Origin: an uncultured bacterium
GTDB taxonomy: Bacteria > Actinomycetota > Acidimicrobiia > Spongiisociales > UBA5794
Assembly: GCA_963801165.1 (NCBI GenBank)
Contig: CAWDDT010000005.1
Location: 192,001-256,000, forward strand
Direction of reading: 5' to 3'
DNA: 64,000 nucleotides
Shown: piece by piece, positions 1 to 13,175 of the stretch
How positions within the stretch are numbered: position 1 is the first letter of the stretch
How the letters are laid out: each line of letters begins with the position of its first letter
Translations under genes and position numbers: made by a program
The notes under the pieces: generated by a model
What the model saw: only the letters and a program-made list of their open reading frames with translations
Databases searched by the model: none
Told to the model about the DNA's origin: nothing

Positions 1-596
1 CGTTCCAGAAACAGGATGACGGGTACGGTGATCAGGAAGTTCCACAGCGCCTCGTATAGGAACGTCGGGTGGAACGTCGAGTAGTCGACATACTGAGGGG
101 GACGATACGCCCGGTCGATCTCTACGGCCCAGGGCAGCGTCGACGGCGTGCCGAATAACTCCTGGTTGAAGTAGTTGCCAAACCGGCCGATGGCCTGCGC
201 CAGCGGGAGGCCCACGGCAACGGCGTCGGTGAACATGACGAAGTCGCCACCGTGTTTGCGCAGCATGTAGATCGCGGTAATCGCTCCCGCGGTCAGGCCC
301 CCATAGAGGGCAAGCCCACCCTCCCAAATGAAGAAGACGCCGTACCACCGGTCGGAGTAGCGGCTGAAATGGGTGATCAGATATCCCGTCCGGGCACCGG
401 CAAACCCGATGATCACCGTCCACATGATCACCGAATCGAGAATCGACGCATCTCCGCCGAAACGGGCGTAACGGCGGGTGGTGACGATGGCGGCGACCAC
501 AACACCGAGACCGATGAGGATCCCGTAGAAGTGGATCGTCAAGGGACCGATCTCGATTACGTTCGTCCCCGGGGACGGAAATGAGGCGATGAGCAC
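1..596 (-). CDS. lgt: Prolipoprotein diacylglyceryl transferase (3' end runs off the window)
   Basis: Manual translation of the minus strand gives VLIASFPSPGTNVIEIGPLTIHFYG...IWEGGLALYG...GRFGNYFNQELFG...FHPTFLYEALW, the Lgt signature motifs. GTG start at 596. Confidence 0.92.
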   Translation of the reverse strand, partial: MLIASFPSPGTNVIEIGPLTIHFYGILIGLGVVVAAIVTTRRYARFGGDASILDSVIMWTVIIGFAGARTGYLITHFSRYSDRWYGVFFIWEGGLALYGGLTAGAITAIYMLRKHGGDFVMFTDAVAVGLPLAQAIGRFGNYFNQELFGTPSTLPWAVEIDRAYRPPQYVDYSTFHPTFLYEALWNFLITVPVILFLE

Positions 597-669
597 GACG
601 GCATCCTACCGACCGTATCCCTCTACTTTCTCGCCCGGAGACGGCACACGCCGCTTGCCCATAGGACGA

Positions 670-1923
670 CTACACACCTATGGCGTCATCTGCTCCGGCA
701 CCCGGCAGGGAACGAACGGTGTGGGCCAGCTGCCATCCCCACCACATGACCAGCAGCAGCATCGGGAAGCCGGGAGACCAACCGATTGGACGAATCAGCG
801 TCTGGCTTGCACCGAGGACCCAGACAACGACGACCCACGGCAGCCATCGACCCCGGTCCCAAACACTGGCCGCCACCCCGGCCGTGACCACGACAGCGGC
901 ACCGTCGTGGGACATGGCATGCAGCGAGAGAAGCAACAGCCCCGGCATCGTCACAGCGAGTAGACGGTCGAGGTCGCCTCCCGGCGACCGCAACCACATC
1001 CATGCCAGCAGCAAGGCGGTCGCGCCCGCCAGCATCCACGCCACAACAACCGCGGGCGAGTGCCCGACACCGAACAGGTTCTCTGCGAACCCGATGAAGG
1101 AGATAGCGGAGTGACCGTTTATCTGGGCGTCGGTGCGGCCAAAGCGTGCCGCAACATCGAGCCACTCGCCTACCCAACCCAAGCCGCGGAGTGCGACACC
1201 CCACAGATAGAAGACAACCGCTCCGCCGACCGCCCCGGCGACCACCCGCCAGTACCTGCCCAACAAGAACAGCCCGACTAAAGGAACCGCAAACTGCGGC
1301 TTGTAGAGCAGGCCCGCCAGGGCCAGCCCGGCGACCAGTTGCTTGTCCTCGTACACGAGGCGCCACGCCGCAACGACCAGAAACACGGTCAACGCGGTGT
1401 TCGAGCCGCCGGTAGTGGTCCGAAACATCGGCCAAAACGTGAGGGCGGCGGCCATGCCAAGCGCGAGCCGTCCTTGCAGCCAGGACAGCATCGGGCGAGC
1501 CAGAAGGAGCGAGGCCAGCAGTAGGAGAACCATGAGTGCGGTGTGTACGAGATAAGAGGGCAGGTAGCTCAGTCCGGCCAATGGCTCGTAGACGAAGGCG
1601 ACCTGTGGCGGATATGCAAAGAACCGTGCATCCGACGAACCCGCATCGCCTCCAAGCCCGCGCTGGGCGTCTATCTGCCGCCCGAGGTCGTAGAGCTGGT
1701 CCCAATCGCCGGACGCCGCAATGGAACCAGCGCCATAGAACGCCGGGTAGTCGCCTCCATATGTGTCGCCCCGGCGCTCTGCACCGATAGCACCAAGAAC
1801 TACACCAAGGATGATCGCAGCGACAACAGCAGTCGAATAGAGCCTGATTCTCGCGTCCCCGCTAGAAGCACCGTCACCGGGCTTGGCGTTGGAAGTGAGT
1901 GCGGTGCGCAAGCGCCTTGCCAT
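670..1923 (-). CDS. GT87/DUF2029-type GT-C membrane glycosyltransferase
   Basis: Motifs GGDYPAFY, FFAYPPQVA and LLYKPQF with many TM segments. ATG at 1923 has GAGG upstream. Confidence 0.8.
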   Translation of the reverse strand: MARRLRTALTSNAKPGDGASSGDARIRLYSTAVVAAIILGVVLGAIGAERRGDTYGGDYPAFYGAGSIAASGDWDQLYDLGRQIDAQRGLGGDAGSSDARFFAYPPQVAFVYEPLAGLSYLPSYLVHTALMVLLLLASLLLARPMLSWLQGRLALGMAAALTFWPMFRTTTGGSNTALTVFLVVAAWRLVYEDKQLVAGLALAGLLYKPQFAVPLVGLFLLGRYWRVVAGAVGGAVVFYLWGVALRGLGWVGEWLDVAARFGRTDAQINGHSAISFIGFAENLFGVGHSPAVVVAWMLAGATALLLAWMWLRSPGGDLDRLLAVTMPGLLLLSLHAMSHDGAAVVVTAGVAASVWDRGRWLPWVVVVWVLGASQTLIRPIGWSPGFPMLLLVMWWGWQLAHTVRSLPGAGADDAIGV

Positions 1924-2027
1924 ACCTCGAGAATCCGATCGTGCCGCTAGTGCAAGCAGACCCGGATGATCCGGATCGCCTGTCACGTATCGGATGATAC
2001 GCAGGCGTCTTTAGGCAGGCCCGGTTC

Positions 2028-2378
2028 TCAAGAGGTCGAGCCCTCAGAGAACTCCTCGTAGGCATCCCACGCATGCGAGGCGTATATCGAGGCGGGCCCG
2101 CCGCCCATCTGGATCGCGACGCCGATCGCCTCGGCCATCTCCTCGGCCGTCGCTCCCTTGCGGACCGCGCTACGGACATGCGAAGCGATACAGCCGTCAC
2201 AACATTCACGAACCGCGATCGATACCGCCATGAGCTCCTTGACCTTCGCCGGGAGCGCCCCATCGCCGTAGGCCGAGCGATAGACGGTGGCAAAACCCTC
2301 GTAGACGCCGGGAATCTTCGCCTTGACCCCGGCGGTTCCGGCGTTGAGTGACTTCAGAATATCCTTGTATTTACCCAT
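2028..2378 (-). CDS. Carboxymuconolactone decarboxylase/AhpD-like protein
   Basis: GALPAKVKELMAVSIAV-RECCDGCIASH (CxxC-xx-H). AGGAG RBS before ATG 2378. Confidence 0.85.
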   Translation of the reverse strand: MGKYKDILKSLNAGTAGVKAKIPGVYEGFATVYRSAYGDGALPAKVKELMAVSIAVRECCDGCIASHVRSAVRKGATAEEMAEAIGVAIQMGGGPASIYASHAWDAYEEFSEGSTS

Positions 2379-2430
2379 CTCAACTCCTACGGATTCACAA
2401 GCGTGCATACATGGGCACATGTTACGGATG

Positions 2431-2448
2431 ATTAGCCTGACAGCTAAT
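2431..2448. promoter_or_regulatory. AT-rich palindrome ATTAGC-N6-GCTAAT in a divergent promoter region, possible operator
   Basis: Perfect 6-bp inverted repeat between the divergent AhpD-like and M20 genes. Cognate regulator unknown. Confidence 0.35.
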
Positions 2449-2467
2449 TCGAACACCGGAGGTTGAT

Positions 2468-3625
2468 GTGGATCTCAAGCAGACGGCTACCGAACGATTC
2501 AACTCAGTCGAGTCGGAGCTGATCGGCATCTCGCACTGGATGTACGAGAACCCGGAGATCGCCTTCGAGGAATTCAACACATCGGCCCGCCTCGTCGACT
2601 TCCTGCGTGGCAATGGTTTCGAGGTGGAGTACCCGTCGTTTGGTCTCGACACCGCCTTTGCGGCCCGCGCCGGACACGAAGGGCCGGAGGTTGTCATTTG
2701 CGCCGAGTACGACGCCCTGCCCGAGGTGGGTCACGCCTGTGGCCACAACATCATCGCCACCGCAGCGCTGGGTGCGGGCGTCGCAGTGGTGGACGCTGCC
2801 AAACAGCTCGGGTTCCGGGTCCGGGTGCAGGGAACACCGGCCGAGGAGGCATATGGGGGCAAGATCGATCTCATCAACAACGGTGCTTTTGAAGGTGCGG
2901 CCCTCTCGATGATGATTCACCCGTCGCCATCGGACGTGGCCGACCCCAACTTCCTGGGAGTCGCCCACATCGAAGTCGAGTTCACCGGCAAGGAATCACA
3001 CGCCGCGTTTGCCCCGCAGCTCGGCATCAACGCCCTCGATGCGGCGGTGCAGGCTTATGTCAACATCTCAATGCTCCGCCAGGCGTTGTACCCGACGGAC
3101 AAGGTCCACGGCGTAATCGACTACGGCGGTGCCGTCCCCAACGTCATCCCGGCACGGACCCAGATGTCATGGTACGTGCGGGCCGCTACCAAGGACCGGC
3201 TCGCCGAGCTCTACGACAAGGTCGTTGCCTGCTTTGCCGCCGCCGCCGGGGCCACAGGTTGCGGCTATGAGGTCAGAAAGCGTGGCCACACGTATACGGA
3301 TCTCGTTTCGGACCCGTTGCTGGTAGGCCTGTTCATCGGCAATGCCGGGGCGCTCGGTCGCAAGATGGGGAGGGGCGCAGACGACGACCCGGGAGCGGCC
3401 GGCTCGACCGACATGGGCAACGTGAGCCATGAGGTACCGGCGATACATCCGATGATCGGGATCGAACCAGGGCCGTGGGTCAATCATCAGAAGGAGTTCG
3501 CCGCAGCGACTATCACCGGGCCAGGCGAGGCGGCCATCCGCGATGGTGCGCTGGCGATGGCCCACACCGTTATCGACATCGCCGCCGGCAACCGCTGGGG
3601 TGAGCTGCGCAAGATTGCTCGATGA
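2468..3625 (+). CDS. M20 family amidohydrolase (PM20D2/AbgA-like)
   Basis: ENPEIAFEE, EYDALP, HACGHN, TPAEE and GSTDMGNVS motifs. Confidence 0.9.
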   Translation: MDLKQTATERFNSVESELIGISHWMYENPEIAFEEFNTSARLVDFLRGNGFEVEYPSFGLDTAFAARAGHEGPEVVICAEYDALPEVGHACGHNIIATAALGAGVAVVDAAKQLGFRVRVQGTPAEEAYGGKIDLINNGAFEGAALSMMIHPSPSDVADPNFLGVAHIEVEFTGKESHAAFAPQLGINALDAAVQAYVNISMLRQALYPTDKVHGVIDYGGAVPNVIPARTQMSWYVRAATKDRLAELYDKVVACFAAAAGATGCGYEVRKRGHTYTDLVSDPLLVGLFIGNAGALGRKMGRGADDDPGAAGSTDMGNVSHEVPAIHPMIGIEPGPWVNHQKEFAAATITGPGEAAIRDGALAMAHTVIDIAAGNRWGELRKIAR

Positions 3626-3643
3626 TCGCGCTTCGGTAAAGGG

Positions 3644-4123
3644 GTGGGGTTGGCGACCAAGACCAATGCACTGAGGGTGCTCGACCAGGCGGGGATCGAG
3701 CACGAGGTGCGCGAGTACTCGCTTGCGATGGAGGAGTTCACCGCCGAGCGCGTGGCCGGGTTGCTCGGGATGCCCCCCGATCAGGTGTTCAAGACGCTGA
3801 TCGCGGTCGGAGACAAGAACGGGCCGTGCTTTGCGGTTATCCCGGCAAACGCCGAGCTCGACCTCAAGGCATTGGCGTCGGCGCACGGCGAGAGGAGCAT
3901 CAGGCTCGCCTCCTTGAAAGAGGTGCTACCCCTGACCGGGTACGAGCGAGGTGCGGTCACCGCTATCGCCGCCAGGAAGCCTTTTCCCGTCTATCTCGAC
4001 GAGGTGGCCGATCTGTTCGACCGGCTTGCCGTCTCGGCCGGCGCTCGCGGTCTTCAGGTGATCCTGGCCACTACTGATTACGTCTCAATCACCCATGCAA
4101 CCATCGCGCCGATCGGGGTGTGA
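3644..4123 (+). CDS. ybaK: YbaK family aminoacyl-tRNA deacylase
   Basis: KTNALRVL, VFKTL, TGYERGAVT and SAGARG motifs. Confidence 0.85.
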   Translation: MGLATKTNALRVLDQAGIEHEVREYSLAMEEFTAERVAGLLGMPPDQVFKTLIAVGDKNGPCFAVIPANAELDLKALASAHGERSIRLASLKEVLPLTGYERGAVTAIAARKPFPVYLDEVADLFDRLAVSAGARGLQVILATTDYVSITHATIAPIGV

Positions 4124-4127
4124 GGGG

Positions 4128-4652
4128 TTAGATGCCTTGAGCGTGGAAGAAGACCCTGCGGTCGCGAGCCTGGTCGAGCTCACCGAATAGCACCCGCTGC
4201 CATTGACCGAGCAGAACCTCACCGTCCACCACCGGGATCGTCACCGACGGTTGTCCGACCAGCATGTGCCTGCAGTGGGCGTGCCCGTTGAGGAACTCAT
4301 CCTCCTGCAGGTTCTCTGTGCGGACCGAATGGTCGTCGTGCTCGTAGTAGACGTCTTCGGGCACCAGACTGCTGATGAGCCTACGGAAGTCGTTGAGAAA
4401 CCCGGTCTCCGATTCGTTGACGACGACCGTTGTCGTCGTATGCGGGCTGTATACCGTTACCTGGCCGTGCCGCACGCCGGATCGAGCAACGACGTCACGG
4501 GCTAGATCGGTGAGATCCCAGAACTCGTTTGGCCCCGTCGAGGTGAAATGCAGAGCCTCGGTCCGGATGGCCGGCTCTTCCGATTCAGCAAGCACGGTCA
4601 GAGAACCCGTCGGTTTCCGGGTTGCCTGACGTAGTGGACTTTGTTCCTTCAA
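4128..4652 (-). CDS. YjbQ/UPF0047 family protein
   Basis: HTT, NE, NGHAH and LGQWQRVLFGELD motifs. Start uncertain. Confidence 0.85.
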   Translation of the reverse strand: MKEQSPLRQATRKPTGSLTVLAESEEPAIRTEALHFTSTGPNEFWDLTDLARDVVARSGVRHGQVTVYSPHTTTTVVVNESETGFLNDFRRLISSLVPEDVYYEHDDHSVRTENLQEDEFLNGHAHCRHMLVGQPSVTIPVVDGEVLLGQWQRVLFGELDQARDRRVFFHAQGI

Positions 4653-4816
4653 AGGCGATCCGCTCCCAGATTCATGAGCGCCTGAACCATACTCGGCGTG
4701 CGAGCCTAATGGATGCAGCCTACTAGCCGCTAGTCATACCGGCCATAATGACACGTCGACCGGGCGCGTGCCATCACCGCAACCACCCCGGAACGGCCGT
4801 GCAGCGGGCTAAATCC

Positions 4817-5419
4817 CTAGGTCCCGGCACCCAAACCCGACCGCAGGAACCCGGTTCGGGCGGCTATGACGGCAGCGGCGTTCTCCCGTCCTCGCTCGGC
4901 AAGCTCGTCGATGCCTCCGACAACGAGGTCACCGATCATGATCCCGAGCGAGATCGGATCGACCCCATGAAGACGTCCGCCGGCAACGACCTCGGCGCAG
5001 AGCAACATGATCTCTTCCCGGATCGCGTGCAAGACCGACCAAACCGCATCTCGCTCCGGCTTGGGCAGCTCGCGACTCACCTTGAATAGGAGCACCGTCT
5101 CTACGGGATACTCGTCCACGAACAGAAGCGAACGTCGCACCATCTCGACGAGACGGTCAATCGGGTTCTCGGGGAGATCGGCGACAACACGCTCGGCGAT
5201 ACGTGGGAGCCGACCGTAGATCAGGTCCGCGAGCACTGCCTCCTTGTTCGGGAAGTACTCATATACCGTCGTCCTGGCAATCCCTGCCTCGTCGGCAAGG
5301 ACACCGATCGAGGTTCCGGCTAGGCCTAGTTCGACGAACGATGCCGCACCCGCTTCCAGTAGAGCGGTGCGCGTTTTTTCCTTGTGCTCGTCGATAGTGG
5401 CCGCATTGATCTTCGGCAT
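4817..5419 (-). CDS. TetR/AcrR family transcriptional regulator
   Basis: N-terminal HTH (LADEAGIARTTVYEYFPNKE). True start MPKINA at 5419; the longer ORF is antisense to purA. Confidence 0.88.
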   Translation of the reverse strand: MPKINAATIDEHKEKTRTALLEAGAASFVELGLAGTSIGVLADEAGIARTTVYEYFPNKEAVLADLIYGRLPRIAERVVADLPENPIDRLVEMVRRSLLFVDEYPVETVLLFKVSRELPKPERDAVWSVLHAIREEIMLLCAEVVAGGRLHGVDPISLGIMIGDLVVGGIDELAERGRENAAAVIAARTGFLRSGLGAGT

Positions 5420-5530
5420 GTTGCCGGGATTGTATCTACAAACACTCATTCCAGTTTCTCGGCTAACCCGTAGTCGATCGCGACGGCCGAATACCACCTG
5501 CCAAGGGCCACTTCCGGCGATACGGTGTGA

Positions 5531-8141
<2,611 letters not shown>

Positions 8142-8145
<4 letters not shown>

Positions 8146-9470
8146 TTCTCCGCTACACCCTCCCCGAAATGGCTCGCATCTGGAGCGAGGAGCACAAGCT
8201 CGAGTTGTGGAAAGAGATGGAGACCCTGGTTGTGGAAGCGTGGGTAGATCAGGGGGTTGCCCCGGCAGCCGCCGCCGGCGCCCTCCGGGCCGCCCCCGAG
8301 GTCGACGCAGAGGAATGGCGAGAGCGTGAGCGGGTAACCAACCACGACGTCGCTGCCTTTGTCGACGTGCTGGCCGAATCGGCGGGCGAGGGCGGGGAAT
8401 GGGTGCACTACGGCCTCACCTCTTCAGATGTGCTCGACACCGCCCTTGGGGCCATTCTCAAAGAGGCGGCCACCCTGCTGCAGAAACGGCTCGACGATCT
8501 GTTCATCGTCGTCAAGGCGAAGGCGTTCGAACATCGCGACACCGCAATGATCGGCCGAACGCACGGGATCTGGGCGGAACCGACGACCTTTGGTCTCAAG
8601 CTGGCGACCTGGGCTCTCGAGATCGACCGGGATCGCATTCGGCTGGCCGCAGCGAAGAGGTCGGTTGCGGTAGGCAAGATCTCCGGTGCCGTCGGCACGT
8701 ACGCACATACACCACCAGCCATCGAAGAGTACGTGTGTGGGCGCATGGGAATCGAGATCGAACCCGCCTCGTCGCAGATCACCCACCGGGACCGGCACGC
8801 CGAGTTCCTTTCCGTGCTGGCGCTTGTCGGCGCATCGCTGGAGCGCTTTGCGACCGAGATTCGCCATCTGCAACGGTCCGAGGTCGGTGAGGCCCGCGAG
8901 TCGTTCGGCGCCGGGCAAAAGGGCTCATCGGCGATGCCGCACAAGCGGAACCCGATCGCCTCGGAGAACGTGACCGGTCTCGCCCGCCTGCTCCGCGGCT
9001 ATGCCTCGGTAGGGCTGGAGAATGTGGCTCTCTGGCACGAGCGCGATATCTCCCATTCGTCTGCGGAACGAGTGGCCTTGCCCGATGCCTGTCTCATACT
9101 CGACTTCGCCCTGGTACGGATGACCAGGCTGATCGACAACCTCGTCGTCAACCAGGACCGCATGCTGCAGAACCTCGAGTCGACCCGGGGTCTCGTGTTC
9201 TCCCAGGCGGTGCTGCTGGCACTCATCGAGGAGCAGGGCCTGGCCAGGGACGAGGCCTACCGGATCGTGCAGCGCAACGCCATGCGCGCCTGGGACGAGG
9301 GTCTGCCGCTGCGGCAGCTACTCGCCGAGGACGTCGCCGCCGCCCTGCACCCGGACGTGCTCGACCGTTGCTTCAGCACCGACTACTTCCTGCGCAACAG
9401 CGGCGTCGTCTTCGACCGCTTGGCGAAGATCCCCGCTTCCGGCGTAGATCATGCCGGGATACCGGCATGA
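8142..9470 (+). CDS. purB: Adenylosuccinate lyase
   Basis: HYGLTSSD, GRTHG, GSSAMPHKRNP and WHERDISHSS motifs. Confidence 0.97.
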
Positions 9471-9477
9471 TCTACGC
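9442..9477. repeat. GTAG-type palindromic (REP-like) element, copy 1; also a likely terminator between convergent genes
   Basis: GCGTAGATCATGCCGG-GATA-CCGGCATGATCTACGC, a perfect 16-bp stem. A related copy lies at 31823..31860. Confidence 0.75.
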
Positions 9478-9487
9478 ACGAACGGGA

Positions 9488-11155
9488 TTAGTAGTCGATC
9501 AGGACGAGCAGCTCCACCAGCTGTGCGGTGCCGTCGCTCTCGCTGCCCACCCCGAGACCACGGACGGGGGCAACCACCGCGGCTTCTTCCCGGGTCATTG
9601 GAACGAGGTCGACGATCCCGGCGATATCGACGTAGCCAACAAGACCGTCACCAATCACGGCTCCGTCAAGCTCCTGGTAGAGGTCGGAGGAGAGCAAGCC
9701 ACCTTGGGCGCCTGAAACGACGCTCGAAACGATGTCGTGTCCCGTACCGACCACGAGCAGGTCGGGCCCAACCGAATAGCTGATGATCTCCTGGCCGGTG
9801 TCGGAGACGGTGGTCACGTTTCCGTCCTGCTCGAGATCGACACCCGACTGGCGCATCATCTCCTCGAGATTGGCGATCAGGTCGGTAACCGGGCCGCTGT
9901 CGAGAAGGCCGATCGCACCGACGATGCCCACCGGCACGTCTGACTCGCTGGCGATGAGGCCGTCCCTTGTCTCTGTAGCAGCAACGGTCAGATCACCGGA
10001 CATCGATTGCAGCAGAGCGGCAACATCAACGCCCGTCTCGTAGTAGAGCTGGTCGAAGAGGTCGCTGAGGTCTCCCAGCGCCGACTCATCGATGGCGCCG
10101 TCGGACGAATCGGAGCCGGCAATCGACAAGAACCCGAGAGTGTCCCCAGGCAGGGCGGCGACGACATCACGGTCCGGCGAGATCGACGTCGGCGTCTGAT
10201 CGTTGCCGGTCACCACGTAGCTGAACAGCATTCCCTCGTCGACGAGTGTCACCGAAGCTCCCATACTGACGAGGAGATCAGCGGGCGTACTCGACTCACC
10301 CATCGATGCAGCCTCGGCCATGCCTAGGAAATCGGCAAAGGCGCTTTTGCCCATGTAGAACGACACCATGCGGTCGTTGGGAAGCCGGCTCATGACATCG
10401 GTGAAACTGGCATCGTCGGCGATCGAAAGACCGGCGTCGTTGGCGGCAATCGCATCGGCTACGTCTTGTTCGACACCCACCAGCAGTGTGTCGTCGGTGA
10501 GGACGAGGCCGATGGAGATCTCGTCGAGGTCGTCATGCCACGCGTAGCCGGGCAAGCCACCGATGGTGGTCGCGGTTGGCTTGACGTCGCTTCCCGCCAT
10601 CGCATCCAGTGCCTTTGCGACAAACGCCGCTGCGGCATCATGATTACGAACATCGGCGCTCAACAGGAACGAGAGCCCGTCGACCTCGAACGTCGCCGGG
10701 TCGAGCTCGGGCACAGAAGCGGCAATCGAGACGGACCTGCCGATCCAGGGGAGGATGTCACCCGACAGGGTGATGTCGCCTTCTTCCGCCATGGCCGTGT
10801 CTATGGCGGCGACGAGGTCTTCCGGATAGTCGTCGATGATCCCGGCGTCGACCATGGGGACCGCAAAGGCGTCGACAAAGGATTGGAGCCGGGCGCTGTC
10901 GCTGAGCGCAAGCGCGTCGAATGTCACCACGAAGTCCATGTCGGCGGGCACGGAGTGTGCTGAGGCGAACGGATCGCCGGTGCGGTTGCGCCAGACGACC
11001 GTTCCGGCGATGGCGGCTGCGATCAACGCAAATACGACAATTCCTGCGACTATCGAGGACCGGATTGTTCGCTGGCTGGGCTCGATCGGATCCATCAGCC
11101 CGTCGCCGTCACCGGTGACAGGAGCTACCCAGCCGCGTTCGTCATAACTGCTCAT
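9488..11155 (-). CDS. Membrane-anchored DUF3352-like protein
   Basis: Single N-terminal TM followed by an acidic periplasmic-type region with DILPWIGRSVSIA, resembling DUF3352. Confidence 0.65.
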   Translation of the reverse strand: MSSYDERGWVAPVTGDGDGLMDPIEPSQRTIRSSIVAGIVVFALIAAAIAGTVVWRNRTGDPFASAHSVPADMDFVVTFDALALSDSARLQSFVDAFAVPMVDAGIIDDYPEDLVAAIDTAMAEEGDITLSGDILPWIGRSVSIAASVPELDPATFEVDGLSFLLSADVRNHDAAAAFVAKALDAMAGSDVKPTATTIGGLPGYAWHDDLDEISIGLVLTDDTLLVGVEQDVADAIAANDAGLSIADDASFTDVMSRLPNDRMVSFYMGKSAFADFLGMAEAASMGESSTPADLLVSMGASVTLVDEGMLFSYVVTGNDQTPTSISPDRDVVAALPGDTLGFLSIAGSDSSDGAIDESALGDLSDLFDQLYYETGVDVAALLQSMSGDLTVAATETRDGLIASESDVPVGIVGAIGLLDSGPVTDLIANLEEMMRQSGVDLEQDGNVTTVSDTGQEIISYSVGPDLLVVGTGHDIVSSVVSGAQGGLLSSDLYQELDGAVIGDGLVGYVDIAGIVDLVPMTREEAAVVAPVRGLGVGSESDGTAQLVELLVLIDY

Positions 11156-11256
11156 TTACTCCCCCTTTTTGGGACACTGGCCATGACCAGTGTCTCATGG
11201 CGTCTGGAAGGTGTACATAGGGCACGTGGCCCACGGTTCAGGACGGTTGGCCCGAC

Positions 11257-12501
11257 CTACATTCCGCCACGCAGCGCTTCGACCGGCTCGAGAGTGCTGG
11301 CCCGCCACGACGGGTAGAGACCGGCGACGAGACCGACGACGGCACCTGCGAGGGGGGCGAGCAACGGGACCTGGACGTCGAGCACCGGGGTCCACTGCTT
11401 GTTGGCGGACACCGCGACGATGACGAGCACGCCCGCCGACGCGCCGATGATGCCACCGATGAATCCCATTGCCGCCGATTCAACGAGGAATTGCGAGGCG
11501 ATGTGGCGCCGTGCCGCCCCCACCGCCCGGCGTAGCCCTATCTCGCCCACCCGTTCCAGCACCGAAACCAGAGTCACGTTGGCGATACCGATAGCACCGA
11601 CGAGCAACGACACTCCGCCGAGCACCAGAAAGAGGGTGTTGACGTCCGACTCGACACCGGAGCGGACCGCACGGGGCTCGGGCGGGACCTGGACCCGCAG
11701 CAGAGACGGGTCGTTGGGGTTGAGTGCGATCGGAGCCTGGTCGCCAATGAGGTAGGCGGCGCCAATCTCGGTGCGGATGTGAACCTCGGCGGGCGCACCG
11801 GTCCCAAACAGGCTCCTGGCGGTGCCGTTGGGGACGATGATGGCATCGAGAAGCGACGGCTCGGTGGCAACATCCTCGATGATGCCGATCACCGCGAGTG
11901 TCGTGTCACCGACGAATATCGCCGGCTGCTGGTCCACCCGGTTTATGTTCAGCCGGGCCGCCGCCCCCGGGCCGAGCACGGCAACCGGATCGCCCCTCTC
12001 GTCATGACCGATGTCGAAGAACCGCCCGGTCCGCAGCTCGGATATGACCGCATCGAACAGCCCGGGCGACGCGGCCAGTACATCCATGGCGAACTCGCTC
12101 TGACCTAGCGGGTCGTTGATCGGGACCGAACTGACCAGTTGGCCGCCCGTGTCGACAAGGCTCAGCGTTCCGGCGGCAACGACGCCGTTGAGTCGCGTCA
12201 AGCGGTCCTCGGCATCCCACGGAATCGCGGATACGTCGTTGAGACCCGGCGATCTGAAGAAGCTGTCGGTGCGGTTGCTCACCGTGATCGACGTTGCGGC
12301 GAGAGCATCAAAACGAGTCACGATCTGGTTGCCCGCTGTCTTGGCGAGGCCGAGCGTCGCCACCAGTGCCGCCACGCCGAGCACGGTCCCGAGGATGGTG
12401 AGCACGGTGCGTCCCGGCCGGGCGAGCATCCCCGCCACCGCTTCGGTCACGAGATCGCGAAACGACAACCGGGACCTGATGATGCGACGGCGGTCGCTCA
12501 T
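11257..12501 (-). CDS. MacB/FtsX-type ABC transporter permease
   Basis: RTVLTILGTVLGV, GRFF, VGAIGIANVTLVSVLERVGEIGLRRAVGA and PVEALR motifs. Confidence 0.92.
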   Translation of the reverse strand: MSDRRRIIRSRLSFRDLVTEAVAGMLARPGRTVLTILGTVLGVAALVATLGLAKTAGNQIVTRFDALAATSITVSNRTDSFFRSPGLNDVSAIPWDAEDRLTRLNGVVAAGTLSLVDTGGQLVSSVPINDPLGQSEFAMDVLAASPGLFDAVISELRTGRFFDIGHDERGDPVAVLGPGAAARLNINRVDQQPAIFVGDTTLAVIGIIEDVATEPSLLDAIIVPNGTARSLFGTGAPAEVHIRTEIGAAYLIGDQAPIALNPNDPSLLRVQVPPEPRAVRSGVESDVNTLFLVLGGVSLLVGAIGIANVTLVSVLERVGEIGLRRAVGAARRHIASQFLVESAAMGFIGGIIGASAGVLVIVAVSANKQWTPVLDVQVPLLAPLAGAVVGLVAGLYPSWRASTLEPVEALRGGM

Positions 12502-13175
12502 GACGCCTCCGCCAGAACACCGTCGGTGATGTCGACGCGACGCTCCCCGCGCCGGCTCACCCGCTCATCGTGGGTAATCACCATCAGGGTCAAGCCGTCG
12601 GCGGTACGGAGCTCGTCAAAAAGATCGAGGATCGAATCCGTGGTCTTGGTATCGAGGTTCCCCGTCGGCTCGTCACACAAGAGCAGGCTCGGCTCGGGTG
12701 CTATAGCCCGGGCGATCGCTACCCGCTGCCGCTCCCCACCTGAGAGCTGGCGCGGGGTGAAGTCGAGACGGTGTCCGAGACCGACACGCTCGAGCGCGGC
12801 GCGGGAGCGCTCCTTGCGCACCCGGCGTGGTGTCCGGTTGTAGACCAGACCGGTCATGACGTTCTCCATCACCGTCCGGTACGGGAGCAGGTAGAACGCC
12901 TGGAAGACAAAGCCGATCTCGCTACCCCGCAGCGCGGCCCGCTGCCCATCGCTGAGGTCTCCGACATCCAGGCCGAGCAGCCGGTAGGTGCCGGCGGTGG
13001 GGGTGTCGAGACAACCCAGGATGTGCAGCAGTGTCGATTTCCCCGAGCCTGAGGGGCCGACGAGGGTGACATAGTCGCCCTCGGCGACCGTCAGATCGGC
13101 GCCCTTCACCGCCTCGACCGGGGGCGAACCCGCAAAGGTCCTGGTCACACCGTCCAGCTCGACTACAGCACTCAT
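12498..13175 (-). CDS. ABC transporter ATP-binding protein (LolD/MacB-type)
   Basis: [23 protein letters not shown] and DEPTGNLD motifs. Confidence 0.95.
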   Translation of the reverse strand: MSAVVELDGVTRTFAGSPPVEAVKGADLTVAEGDYVTLVGPSGSGKSTLLHILGCLDTPTAGTYRLLGLDVGDLSDGQRAALRGSEIGFVFQAFYLLPYRTVMENVMTGLVYNRTPRRVRKERSRAALERVGLGHRLDFTPRQLSGGERQRVAIARAIAPEPSLLLCDEPTGNLDTKTTDSILDLFDELRTADGLTLMVITHDERVSRRGERRVDITDGVLAEAS

